26,817 nt of DNA from Calditrichaceae bacterium. Its GTDB lineage: Bacteria; Calditrichota; Calditrichia; Calditrichales; JBFXGD01. Position 1 is the stretch's first letter, and every line of letters starts with the position of its first letter. The stretch is from contig JBFXLE010000036.1 of assembly GCA_050173015.1 (NCBI GenBank), forward strand, positions 1 to 26,817. Reading direction: 5' to 3'. Below, piece after piece: positions 8,591 to 18,595 of the stretch. The notes under the pieces were generated by a model. The model was given only the letters and a program-made list of their open reading frames with translations, had not been told where the DNA came from and searched no databases. A program made the translations under genes and the position numbers.

Positions 8591-10021
8591 ATGCGTCCAG
8601 AGATATTGCAAAAAAATAATAATAAATCCAACCGGCTGATTACGGGATATACCGGTAATTTTTTTATCATGATAATAATCGCGGTATTAACCCTGTTCAT
8701 GATTTCATCCGCATTCGGCGCGACATATTACGTGAATACGGGAAGCGGAAATGATCAAAATCCGGGTACATCCGCCGGCAGCGCGTTCAAAACGATCGGA
8801 AAGGCGGCGAATGTGATGTCCGCCGGAGACGAATGTCTGGTTTCAGCCGGAAATTATGATGAGAGAGTGCGAATCACCCGTTCCGGAAGTAAAAACGCAC
8901 CGATTGTATATTCTGCTGAAGAAGGCGCGGTCTGCAGGGGATTTACGATTAAAGCGGATTATATTCATATTGTCGGATTCGAAATCACAAACAGCGACCG
9001 GAATGATTATGAAGACGGAGCCGGTATTCATGTGTCCGGGGATTATAACGAAATAAAAAATAACTATATTCATCATGTATATCGGGAAGGCGTTCGACTG
9101 GGTCAAAGCAATACCTCAACCGAAACATCAAACTGCATCGTCAGCGGAAATTTATTTGAATATTGCGGACAGGCCGGTATTCAGCTCAGCGGAACAAATC
9201 ATTTGATCGAAAACAATGAAATTTCCCATACCGTTCAATGGTCAAAAACCAATCCAAAAGGCCTGGACGCTGACGGAATGCGATTTTTCGGTTCGGGACA
9301 TATCATCCGCAAAAACCATATACACGATATATTGCTGAGTGATCCTGAAAACGGCAGCAGTCCGCATGTGGATGCGGTTCAGACATGGGGACCCGCTTAT
9401 GACATCATTTTTGAACAGAACCTCTTCTCAACCGGTGAGCCGGAGTTAAACAAACAGATTTTTATGGTGTCCGAAGTAAATGCCCCCGTGAAAAATCTGA
9501 CTTTCAGAAACAACATTTTTTATGATAACTACCGCGGACTAAACATAGTCGGTTCACACCCGGATGTGGGTCCCAGTCCGATTGAAAATATCAGTATCGT
9601 AAACAATACATTTATAAACTTAAAAAACAATGCATTTGAATTGCATGACAGTCCGGACGGAAGAGTAGTGAATAACATTTTTTATGACTGCCGCTCTGTC
9701 TCTATCGACGGGAAATCCTACAACGGCCTGGAAATCGGTTATAACTGCTATTATCACAGCGATGGAACAACTCCTTCAGGTGAAAAAGAAGAAGGTGATC
9801 AGTGGCAGGTGGATCCAAAATTTGTCAATGTCAAAGTCCGGGATTATAATCTTAAACCGGATTCACCGCTCATCGATGCCGGTAAAATTTTGAGCGATAT
9901 TTTATTCGATTTCCGGGATATAACACGCCCCCAGAAGATGGGATATGACATCGGCGCCTATGAGTTTTTTGTTGACGGTTCGATGCCGGAATCACCACGA
10001 AATTTAAAGATATTAAAATAA
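8591..10021 (+). CDS. Secreted right-handed parallel beta-helix protein (pectate lyase-like fold)
   Basis: Signal peptide ending AFG|ATYYV; DUF1565-like GNDQNPGT..AFKTI; repeated IxNNxI/F turns; DADG; C-terminal SPLIDAG..DIGAYE (choice-of-anchor-Q-like). Confidence 0.85.
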   Translation: MRPEILQKNNNKSNRLITGYTGNFFIMIIIAVLTLFMISSAFGATYYVNTGSGNDQNPGTSAGSAFKTIGKAANVMSAGDECLVSAGNYDERVRITRSGSKNAPIVYSAEEGAVCRGFTIKADYIHIVGFEITNSDRNDYEDGAGIHVSGDYNEIKNNYIHHVYREGVRLGQSNTSTETSNCIVSGNLFEYCGQAGIQLSGTNHLIENNEISHTVQWSKTNPKGLDADGMRFFGSGHIIRKNHIHDILLSDPENGSSPHVDAVQTWGPAYDIIFEQNLFSTGEPELNKQIFMVSEVNAPVKNLTFRNNIFYDNYRGLNIVGSHPDVGPSPIENISIVNNTFINLKNNAFELHDSPDGRVVNNIFYDCRSVSIDGKSYNGLEIGYNCYYHSDGTTPSGEKEEGDQWQVDPKFVNVKVRDYNLKPDSPLIDAGKILSDILFDFRDITRPQKMGYDIGAYEFFVDGSMPESPRNLKILK

Positions 10022-10845
10022 AAATAATTAATAAAACGCCGTCTTATGGAATAGTATGCCGGCAGCCAGCTATAATATCCTAATAATTTCAATCGGAACT
10101 CCAACCGCCAGTCATCCGGACTGGTCCAGACGCGGCCGGTTACTTTTTCATCGGGTGTTTTGAGCGCTGCATCGGGTTCAATGGTGAACACTCGGTCATA
10201 TCCGGCCTGCAGGGCAAGATCGATAAGAGCGGCATTGTGCCCGCCGTATGGAAAGCTGAATAATTTTACTTTTTTTCCCAGCATAGACTCCAGAATCCGG
10301 CGGGATTCAAAAATCTCTGTTCGGGCAGTCCGTTCATCCGTTTTGGTCAGCTCCGGGTGTGAGAGCGTATGGGATCCGATGGCCACCAGATCACCTGGAA
10401 GCTCAAGCAATTCTTCTTTGGTCATGATGATATCATCATAATACTCGCCGTCCCATCGCGGTTTTCTTCCCATAAAATTTACCGGAATAAAAATTGTAGT
10501 CGGAATCTTTCTTTTAACCAGCTCCGGAAGCGCGTTTTTCGCCACATTTTTGAACCCGTCATCAAAGGTAACGCCGGCATAATATTCACCATCTTGCAGC
10601 AAATCAACAGAACCTGCTTCCACCGGCTGACAGAACCTTACAAGATCATCCATCTGACGGGCAAATTTCATCCGCTGCGCGTCAGTTACCTCATGATAAT
10701 AAAGAATGGCGCATCCCGCCTTCCGCTTTTTTCCAATAATCAGCAGCGCAAGTCTTTTAAAGACCTTAACAACCATGTAAACAATACTGATAAATAGTTT
10801 GATAATCCGGGACATAACTCTTTTCTTTACAATAAGTGATTTCAC
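9958..10845 (-). CDS. Polysaccharide deacetylase (CE4, IcaB/PgaB-like); start may be ATG 10815
   Basis: ILYYHEV, VTFDDG, IGSHTLSHP, FSFPYG. Confidence 0.9.
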   Translation of the reverse strand: MKSLIVKKRVMSRIIKLFISIVYMVVKVFKRLALLIIGKKRKAGCAILYYHEVTDAQRMKFARQMDDLVRFCQPVEAGSVDLLQDGEYYAGVTFDDGFKNVAKNALPELVKRKIPTTIFIPVNFMGRKPRWDGEYYDDIIMTKEELLELPGDLVAIGSHTLSHPELTKTDERTARTEIFESRRILESMLGKKVKLFSFPYGGHNAALIDLALQAGYDRVFTIEPDAALKTPDEKVTGRVWTSPDDWRLEFRLKLLGYYSWLPAYYSIRRRFINYFYFNIFKFRGDSGIEPSTKNS

Positions 10846-10863
10846 TTTGCCCTGACTGCCGGT

Positions 10864-11727
10864 TTAAACCATGAACCTGATTCTGTCGATTTGCTCCCTG
10901 CGCAGATACCTGACAAAATCATCCGGAACATCCGGTTTAAAATTTCTGATCACCGCAAACCAGTATCCACTCAGCCGCAGCACACTGCCAATAAACCAGG
11001 GTTTTTCAGGAATTCGCTTAAGACATTTTACAAACTGAAATAACGGGTGATATCCCACCGCGTGTTCACCGATTCCCTGCCTGAACCGGGCTTTAAGAAT
11101 ATGCCGTCCTTCTGTGCCCGTTCTGCGATGGTGATATACAATAAGATCAGTGTATGTTTTTACTTCCCAGCCATTCATTCTTGCCGAGACTTCCGCTACT
11201 GTATCTTCCCCTCCGTAAACAAGCGGCCTGAGTCCCCCCACATCTTTCCAGCATTCATACCTGAACATTTGTACCGCGCCCCGAACGCTGTATGGTCCGG
11301 GTTGCACCTTGTGCAAATTTCCGTCATATACGTCAAAGAACGCGCCGCCCGCAACCCCCAGATGGGGATTAATCCGAAATTTATTGAAAATACCTTCGTA
11401 ATAACCGGAATCAAAAGTGATATCCGCATCCAAGATACCTATGTAATGGTAAGATATATCCTTTAGAATCTCCAAACCGGAGTTCAGGGCGAAAACTTTT
11501 GACGCAAAATTACGATTTTCATCATTTTTAAGACTGATCAATTCGATAAAATCATATTTTGAAGTATAGCTATGAACAATTTCTTCGGTCGTATCAGTGG
11601 ATCCGTCGCTGACAATAATCCATTTTTCCGGCCTGATTCTCTGAGCCAAAACTGACTGAATCGTCTGCCTGATGGTAGCTTCCTCATTCCTGGCGGCGGT
11701 GATCAGCACATATATAAATTTATCCAT
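10864..11727 (-). CDS. Glycosyltransferase family 2
   Basis: ITAARNEE, VSDGSTD, ILDAD, GGED. Confidence 0.92.
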   Translation of the reverse strand: MDKFIYVLITAARNEEATIRQTIQSVLAQRIRPEKWIIVSDGSTDTTEEIVHSYTSKYDFIELISLKNDENRNFASKVFALNSGLEILKDISYHYIGILDADITFDSGYYEGIFNKFRINPHLGVAGGAFFDVYDGNLHKVQPGPYSVRGAVQMFRYECWKDVGGLRPLVYGGEDTVAEVSARMNGWEVKTYTDLIVYHHRRTGTEGRHILKARFRQGIGEHAVGYHPLFQFVKCLKRIPEKPWFIGSVLRLSGYWFAVIRNFKPDVPDDFVRYLRREQIDRIRFMV

Positions 11728-13060
11728 TTCCGATCTCCACAGGATAAAAACGCGCTGCTTCCATCAAAGAAATATTATCCTGAACATACAGTTTCCCCGC
11801 CATCACCCACATAATCCAGAAAATAATCGCCTCCATGGAATTCCCGCCCGTAATGGCCGTTTCCACCATATTCAGAATCAATATAGTGGGTATCAGGGCG
11901 AATATGACCGATTTATACTCACCGGCCGGCTGTTTCAGTCCCCGCAAAACCGGTAGCAGTATAATTAAAAGCCATGACAAAAGACCAAACACTCCCAGAC
12001 CGACGGCCACCGAAACATACCCGTTATGAAGCGATGTTCTCGCGCTTCCGGACCAGAGAGTATAATTTGGATCATAATATCTCGGATCCAGCCATATTTT
12101 TCCTTCCACGGCATATCCGTATCCGGTAAACGGCCTTTCTTTGACCAGGGTATAGGCTCCATCCCAAAACTCCTGTCTTCCGGTAAGACTGCCCAGGCCC
12201 TGACCTTCCTGACGCTCAAACGCGGATGGTCTGAGCTGAACCGCGGCAAACAACAGCAACACAGATACACCTGTCATAACGGACAATTTTACAAATTTTT
12301 TCTGAAGAGCAAACCATAGACTAATACCAAAGAGACCCGCCAGCAGTGACGATCTTGATCCGGTCAGCACATTCATCACACCAAGCAGAATGATCAGAGT
12401 CAGGATGATCGCTTTTCCGGATAACCGTGACTTTGTTAGTTTCCATAAAAGAAAGGGATAAGCAATCATGCAAAACGTACCCATGGTATTGGGATGATCA
12501 AACAATCCCTGAAATCTTGCCTGATCAGTCCGCCACCATGCTCTGCCCGGCAGAAGTATCAGTGAGAGGAAATTAACGATGATCAGTAAAACAATCACCC
12601 CATATATGGCGAGAAAGGTTGATTCGAATTCATTTTTCCCAGTAATCCAGCTGTTGAGACCGATAAGGAATCCGAACAAGGCCAGAAACGACGCGGATCG
12701 AATCAAAGTGATTTGCGGATCAATGGAATATCTTGACGAAATCAACGCAAACAGTATAAATACTGCCAACAATGAAAGATGAACGGGAATCCGACCGCCA
12801 TGTCCGGGCCATAATTTAAAATATCTGATAACGCCGGCTGTTCCGGCTAAAAACAGTATCCCGACTCTCAATAATGAGCCAATTCCGGCGGTTGCGCTTT
12901 CCGCGAACTCTGCTTCCGGCGGAGCGAGCAGCGCCGAGAACCAGCTCGATATAACTATCAGGAAAATGGCGACAAAAAAATATCTTATGCTAAGCGCTGT
13001 CATTCCGGCTGCAAGCACAAATAATATAACGATGATCATTATAGTGGTGATATCCGGCAT
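11720..13060 (-). CDS. wzy: O-antigen ligase family membrane protein, probable Wzy polymerase
   Basis: Many TM segments; RFQGLFDHPN, LTGSRS, LTGR..W, PFTGYG, LHNGY; located next to the flippase. Confidence 0.75.
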   Translation of the reverse strand: MPDITTIMIIVILFVLAAGMTALSIRYFFVAIFLIVISSWFSALLAPPEAEFAESATAGIGSLLRVGILFLAGTAGVIRYFKLWPGHGGRIPVHLSLLAVFILFALISSRYSIDPQITLIRSASFLALFGFLIGLNSWITGKNEFESTFLAIYGVIVLLIIVNFLSLILLPGRAWWRTDQARFQGLFDHPNTMGTFCMIAYPFLLWKLTKSRLSGKAIILTLIILLGVMNVLTGSRSSLLAGLFGISLWFALQKKFVKLSVMTGVSVLLLFAAVQLRPSAFERQEGQGLGSLTGRQEFWDGAYTLVKERPFTGYGYAVEGKIWLDPRYYDPNYTLWSGSARTSLHNGYVSVAVGLGVFGLLSWLLIILLPVLRGLKQPAGEYKSVIFALIPTILILNMVETAITGGNSMEAIIFWIMWVMAGKLYVQDNISLMEAARFYPVEIGNG

Positions 13061-13067
13061 AACTCAC

Positions 13068-14516
13068 TCACCCAATCCTGTTTTCTATGAGTGATTTGAT
13101 CATGATTTTTTCATCGTTTTCAAAAAACTTTCCGTAAAGAATAAATATGATAATCATCCCGGTCAGAAAAGGAAAAAGACTGTAATAAATAATCTGCGCT
13201 GTATTCTGAAAATAAAAAACAGCTGACATAAGAAGGATAAAAATCGCTATCACCTGTATCAAACGTCTTTTTTCCAGACGAATGGGAAACTGTTTCATAC
13301 CCAGCATCATGAGGATTAACGCGCTGGCCAGATTCGCGAATATAAACACAATCACCACACCATACATACCCCAGGCCTGAATAAAGAAATAATTCAGAAT
13401 CACACTGATAATTGTGACACCGGTAATCACAATGCCTGTGACATGTGTTTTATTTTTGATATGGAGAAGCGACTGCCCCACATACTGGATGCCCATCAGG
13501 GCGATACCGGGAAGCAGCAGAAACACGATGTTATAGGCTGGAGCATATTCCGGAGGAGCCATCAGGTAGATAAGATCCTTAAAAACAAACACAATCCCGA
13601 ATCCGACAAAAGTAAAAGCAAGCATCAAATAGGTTACCAGCTTAGAAATCGTTTCCCTGATACCGCTTTGCCCGATATTTGCGAATACGAATGGTTCATA
13701 GGCCATTTGGAAAGGGAGAATCAACATAACCCCCGCGATCTGCGCGATTTTTAAACCCAGCGAATAGATGGCCACCACCTCGAGATTACTGAAATAACTC
13801 AGAAAATAAACCGCGGTAGTGCCTGTAATCAGATCTCCCGACATCGCAAAAATAAGCGGAAAGCCGAACACAAAAAGCTGTCGCATTACCTTATAGGATA
13901 CACTGAAACCGATTTTCATAAAAACCGCGATTGAAATAAACATCCAGGCAGCGCCGTAAGTAACAATCAGCGCCCACAATATCCCTCTGATGCCTTCTTT
14001 GAAAATAAGAACCAATACCACATTTGCTATAATCAATAAAAGCGCGACAGCCCCGTTGGCAATCATATACTTCATGCCTTCATTACGGGCTCGGTAATGC
14101 GTCATAATGTTGATGCAAAGCGACTGAGCTACCGCCGCGAGACAAGTCAGGAGAATATATTCTGTCACCGATTCAAGATGCAGCACGCTTCGAAAAACAG
14201 GCTTAAAAAACAAAACGGTGATGAAAGTAACCACTCCACCACCGATCAGATTTAATAACACAGCGCTGCCTAAAAAGGTACCGGGAAGATTTTCATTTTC
14301 ATATTGTGTCTGGAACCGGATGATCCCGCTTCTAATGCCGATATCAATTAAGGTAATCAGAATCTGAATAGTCAGCAATATTGTCGCCAGCATGCCATAT
14401 TCGCTTAATGAAAGAGCATGCGTATATAATGGAATCAACAGAAACGAAACACCCCGCAATGCCATCGAGCCAACAGCATAGATAACCGCGTTCTTTCCAA
14501 AAAGTCTGAGTTTCAT
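13068..14516 (-). CDS. wzx: Polysaccharide flippase
   Basis: FLLIPLYTHALSLSEYG, FGFPL, VAIYSLG; hydrophobic throughout. Confidence 0.88.
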   Translation of the reverse strand: MKLRLFGKNAVIYAVGSMALRGVSFLLIPLYTHALSLSEYGMLATILLTIQILITLIDIGIRSGIIRFQTQYENENLPGTFLGSAVLLNLIGGGVVTFITVLFFKPVFRSVLHLESVTEYILLTCLAAVAQSLCINIMTHYRARNEGMKYMIANGAVALLLIIANVVLVLIFKEGIRGILWALIVTYGAAWMFISIAVFMKIGFSVSYKVMRQLFVFGFPLIFAMSGDLITGTTAVYFLSYFSNLEVVAIYSLGLKIAQIAGVMLILPFQMAYEPFVFANIGQSGIRETISKLVTYLMLAFTFVGFGIVFVFKDLIYLMAPPEYAPAYNIVFLLLPGIALMGIQYVGQSLLHIKNKTHVTGIVITGVTIISVILNYFFIQAWGMYGVVIVFIFANLASALILMMLGMKQFPIRLEKRRLIQVIAIFILLMSAVFYFQNTAQIIYYSLFPFLTGMIIIFILYGKFFENDEKIMIKSLIENRIG

Positions 14517-14574
14517 CTATATTGCATTCTGATTTTTAATTAAACCGGTTCAAGATTTATGTGTCCGGTTTCGA

Positions 14575-15744
14575 TTATTTTTTCCGTGTGATTAACTCGT
14601 CAACGAGTTTCAGATAGATATCTTTTTTCACACCCCAGTTATTCTCACTGATAAATTTAAGTCCGTTATTTACCAGTGATTCCCGCTGTTTGTTGTCCCG
14701 GTATAATTGCGTGATTTTTTTGGCGAGATGTTGATCATTCTCCGGTTCAAAAAACATAACCAGATTATCGTTAAAGTAATACTGATCTATTTTTGTCTTT
14801 GAAACAATCACCGGTACGCCAAGGCTCATAAATTCCATAATTTTTGTACTGAACGCTTCATTCCCGAATGACTGGGCTCTTTTAGGCACAATTCCGAGAG
14901 ATGCCCCGGCCATTTTCGCGGCGATCCCTTCTGTGGGCAGAATATCCATAAACAGCACCTTATCGCTCAGACCCATGTCATTTGCCATTTTTTCAAGAAG
15001 AGGTTTTGTCTCGCCAATTCCGTATATATGAAACTCCGCGCCGTTGATCTGATCGTGGATTCTGGCAAACGCGCGTATGGCGATATCGAGACCCTGATGC
15101 CAGTTGAGAGAACCGGGATAGATCAGGATAAATTTATCCGAATTCACTTGCCGTTCCGTCTGATAAAAACTATTCGGATCGGGATAGTTTATAATCGCCG
15201 AACATTTTCCGTTTTTTACCGATCGCGATTTTAGGGTCTCGTACCATATGTGATTGGAGATAATAACATGATCTGAGAAAGCCGATGATAATTTTTCAAC
15301 AAGTACAAGAAGTCTGAACAAGAAAGAGGTTTTACTGACATTGAACTTGCTGGCATAGAATTCGGGTACAATATCGTGAATATCCAATATGACTTTCGCG
15401 CCTGTCAGTTTGGCAAATACGGCGGCAAATACCTCAAAATCAGGCACGGAATGCACATGAATCACATCATATTTTTTCCTGAAATGATTCACTGTCACCC
15501 GGAGCATGGAATTAAAGAAAAAAATCAATATTTTAAACAAATATTCGGCTTTGTGTTTTTCATTCGAGGTTCGTTTCTGAATCCGGAAGAGATTGACATT
15601 CTTAATGACCTCTTTTGACGGGTTACCATTTCTTGCCAGCGCGTAGACATCCACCTGATCGCCTCTCTCCGCCAGAGCTTCAGAATAACGACGTACCCGG
15701 TTATCGGACTCATAAAATGTGTAAGCCAGCATGGCAATATTCAT
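14575..15744 (-). CDS. Glycosyltransferase family 4
   Basis: DNRVRR, VILDIHD, YPGSL..HQG, STKIMEFMSLGVPVI. Start moved to ATG 15744 to avoid overlap with the upstream gene. Confidence 0.9.
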   Translation of the reverse strand: MNIAMLAYTFYESDNRVRRYSEALAERGDQVDVYALARNGNPSKEVIKNVNLFRIQKRTSNEKHKAEYLFKILIFFFNSMLRVTVNHFRKKYDVIHVHSVPDFEVFAAVFAKLTGAKVILDIHDIVPEFYASKFNVSKTSFLFRLLVLVEKLSSAFSDHVIISNHIWYETLKSRSVKNGKCSAIINYPDPNSFYQTERQVNSDKFILIYPGSLNWHQGLDIAIRAFARIHDQINGAEFHIYGIGETKPLLEKMANDMGLSDKVLFMDILPTEGIAAKMAGASLGIVPKRAQSFGNEAFSTKIMEFMSLGVPVIVSKTKIDQYYFNDNLVMFFEPENDQHLAKKITQLYRDNKQRESLVNNGLKFISENNWGVKKDIYLKLVDELITRKK

Positions 15745-15790
15745 ATATCTTTTCCGAGTGTTGAAATGAACGATTATTAATTTTCCAGGA

Positions 15791-16519
15791 TCAGGCCTGT
15801 TTGAGGATCGCCTTATCTCCGGGCCCGTTTTCCTGTTCATAGGGATATGGCGTTCCTTCAGGCAGAGTAATAAAATTCAGGCTTCTCGTAAAAAAACGCC
15901 AGCGGTCTTTTCGAATTTGATACGGGAAGAATCCGGATCTTTGACAACCCTTTAGTGATGGAATATTATCTGTCCTGACAAAGGTGAGAATATACCTTCC
16001 CCCATGATCAGCGCCCTTCTCAGCTATTTGCGACATGGCATCGGGCATGATTCTTTGTCCGCGGTACGATTCATGAGTAAATGCCCCTTCCAAAAGCATT
16101 TCTCCCTTTCCCAGTACAGGAAACCCGCCTTTGTATAAATTCTGCAGTTTTGGATTTTCTTCAGGTCCCATAAGCCACTGCATATAAGCTGGATTCCCGT
16201 CATGGGTGACTGCTACATAACAGGTTTTAGCTTTTGAATTTAGCAAAAGTATTCTTCCTCCCCGCTCTTTGATACCTTCAGGCGTCAGATCAGGAGTATG
16301 TAATTCAAAAAATGTTTGAAAATCACTTTCCTGATATGGTCTTACCATAATATCAATTTTTGCTTTTGGGCCATTGAACGGCACTTTCAAATCCCTTCGC
16401 AGACAATAAGATTCCTCATTGGAATAAAACCGACGGCGTACTTCATGAAAAAGAATGCCGAATTGTCCGCCGGCAATCATCCTAAAAACGACATTGATTT
16501 TGTTAATAAAGTTTTTCAT
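15791..16519 (-). CDS. GNAT family N-acyltransferase-like protein
   Basis: FTHESYRGQRI (acyl-CoA motif A) and DNIPSLK..QRSGF. ATG 16519 sits 1 nt after the upstream stop. Confidence 0.75.
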   Translation of the reverse strand: MKNFINKINVVFRMIAGGQFGILFHEVRRRFYSNEESYCLRRDLKVPFNGPKAKIDIMVRPYQESDFQTFFELHTPDLTPEGIKERGGRILLLNSKAKTCYVAVTHDGNPAYMQWLMGPEENPKLQNLYKGGFPVLGKGEMLLEGAFTHESYRGQRIMPDAMSQIAEKGADHGGRYILTFVRTDNIPSLKGCQRSGFFPYQIRKDRWRFFTRSLNFITLPEGTPYPYEQENGPGDKAILKQA

Positions 16520-16520
16520 T

Positions 16521-17507
16521 TCAATGGTCTCCCGCTGAGTGAGTTTTAATGACTCCCTTTTTATCAACGGCATTGAGTTTACTTTTCCCTGTGGCCGCGT
16601 CCAGTTTATCCATATATTCAGCCAGTTCCCCGGGAAGTACATTCCAGTACCGGCCCTTATATCTTGTTTCGATATATTCCAGTAATTCCAAATAGCGGGC
16701 AGCCGGGAACTCTTCCAACCCGGGTTTATCAGATTCAAAATTCATATAATCCGGATGCACATTTACGAGAACCATGCCTCCTTTTTCGGCAATCCAGTCT
16801 GTTTTTTTCTTCCAGATATCAATCGATTTCTCCTGCATCAAAACAAACATGGTGAAATCCTGCGCCAGGGTATAGGGAAATTCCAGATAAGATGAATCAG
16901 ATTTTGGATCGGCGACACGGAACGGGAAAATAGTACCGACACCATCCGACTGAGGTTCAAAAGGATCCGTATCAAATGTGGATAGATCATATTTAATATT
17001 CAGATGATGCAGCCAGTCAAGGTTATGATGCATGGCGGGAGAACGAAATCCGATGGCCTTCCAGGCATCAAGATACTCATTGATTCTGACAGCGCGTTTT
17101 AAAAACTCTTCTTTAGACTGATATAATTTTCCATCATGTTTTAATCCGTGAACACCCACTTCAAATCCGTTTTTCGTAAGCAGGTCTCTTAATTCCGGTA
17201 AAACTGTATATCTCTCCGGGACAAAGTTAAAAGATGATCTGAAACCGGCATTTTTCTCCATTTCCATTAATTTTTCACATTTGTCGTGTCCGGAAGCGGA
17301 CTCCACATCATGAGTAAGAATAACCGCAAACTCTTTTCCATCCGGCCAACCGCGCCAATCATGAGGCGTCGTACCGGCTCTCTCAAGCACCGGCCAGACT
17401 GATTTGTATTTTGGCAATTGTCTTCGGATTCTGGCCCGGCGCAGCATAAGCTGCAGCCTTCTTGGAATTAGCGGTTTTAGATAATAGAATATTTTGATGA
17501 CGGCCAT
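16521..17507 (-). CDS. Polysaccharide deacetylase-like protein (CE4/NodB fold)
   Basis: LTHDVES, FEVGVHG..H, GFRSP, VNVHPDY. Confidence 0.8.
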   Translation of the reverse strand: MAVIKIFYYLKPLIPRRLQLMLRRARIRRQLPKYKSVWPVLERAGTTPHDWRGWPDGKEFAVILTHDVESASGHDKCEKLMEMEKNAGFRSSFNFVPERYTVLPELRDLLTKNGFEVGVHGLKHDGKLYQSKEEFLKRAVRINEYLDAWKAIGFRSPAMHHNLDWLHHLNIKYDLSTFDTDPFEPQSDGVGTIFPFRVADPKSDSSYLEFPYTLAQDFTMFVLMQEKSIDIWKKKTDWIAEKGGMVLVNVHPDYMNFESDKPGLEEFPAARYLELLEYIETRYKGRYWNVLPGELAEYMDKLDAATGKSKLNAVDKKGVIKTHSAGDH

Positions 17508-17523
17508 GCAATTACCCGAATTA

Positions 17524-18567
17524 TTAACCTACATGCTTATACAGTTTCGATCCGATGAAGACAGACACAGGTACCGGTATATTTCTGAATATCTTATTGT
17601 AAAATCCGTTTTCTTTTTGCCGGTCTGTAATGAACTTCTCTCTTTGAAGATCATATTTATAATAACGTGTAAGCATTTCTTTCACGCCCCAGCCGGTCTT
17701 AAATTGCCTCAGACCTTCGTTATCAGATGAAGTCCTGCCGAAATGAAGCGATTTAAAGCCTTGCTCACTATACCATTTGATGACTTCGTTGAAAATCAGA
17801 TAGTTCGCTCTTAGATCCGCATGGTTCGGGTCAGAAGCTCCGTATTTGTATATCGCCTTTTCCCCAAAATGAAGAAATAAAGCGCCGGCAACGTATTCAG
17901 ATTTGCGCGAGGCCAGGGCGATCATACCTCCGTTTTTAGAAACGATATGTGTATGGATGGATTTGAAAAAAGAAAACGGCTGCGGCGGCAATCCATGCTT
18001 TTTTCTTGTCTGGCAATTTAACCGGTAAAAAATTCCCACAGCATTTTCAGAATTTAGAAGTTCAATTTTCAATCCATTACTGACCGCCTTATTAATGTTC
18101 CGTCTTGTTGACGATCTGAATCCTGACTGCAGCCCGTCCATGTTCTCCGAAAGATCAATTTCATGCGTCAAATATGAGACTGAGGGATTGAAATCACTAA
18201 ATATATTTTCCCCTCCCCTGATCTCAATGTAATCCCAGTCAGAAACCTTGCCCTGCTCTTTTAAAAATGGAAGAAGTGATTCATACCATCCGGAGCCCGC
18301 CATCAGTGGTCCGCAAAAATCGGAAAATGGCAGCGCCACGGCGCGTTTTCCGGTGAAATGACTGTTTATTTCCATCAGAGGCAAAAGGAATTCGAAGGTT
18401 CCCTTATTTATCACCGCAACATAGGCCGGATGATATCCATAGGACTCACTCAATACTTTTGCCCACGCGGAAGAATGGAAGAACGTGTAATCAGGGCAAT
18501 TCAGCACAAGTTTATCGTATTCCGTCATGCATCGCGGGTCAATGATACTATAAGGCGGTTTCATCAA
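17524..18567 (-). CDS. FemAB-like GNAT-fold protein
   Basis: TFFHSSAW, ALPFSDFCGPL, RRNINKA, YKYGAS, HFGRT, GLRQFKTGWG resemble the EPS-locus FemAB-related family. Confidence 0.85.
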   Translation of the reverse strand: MMKPPYSIIDPRCMTEYDKLVLNCPDYTFFHSSAWAKVLSESYGYHPAYVAVINKGTFEFLLPLMEINSHFTGKRAVALPFSDFCGPLMAGSGWYESLLPFLKEQGKVSDWDYIEIRGGENIFSDFNPSVSYLTHEIDLSENMDGLQSGFRSSTRRNINKAVSNGLKIELLNSENAVGIFYRLNCQTRKKHGLPPQPFSFFKSIHTHIVSKNGGMIALASRKSEYVAGALFLHFGEKAIYKYGASDPNHADLRANYLIFNEVIKWYSEQGFKSLHFGRTSSDNEGLRQFKTGWGVKEMLTRYYKYDLQREKFITDRQKENGFYNKIFRNIPVPVSVFIGSKLYKHVG

Positions 18568-18595
18568 AAATAAATTTCTTTGTGCATAGGTATTA

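Noticed and set aside
16520-16738. N-terminal extension of the GNAT ORF (likewise 15745-15840 of GT4 and 20203-20316 of the acyltransferase)
   Set aside because: These overlap upstream genes on the same strand. Downstream ATGs give tight coupling and family-typical N-termini, so no frameshift or fusion is needed.
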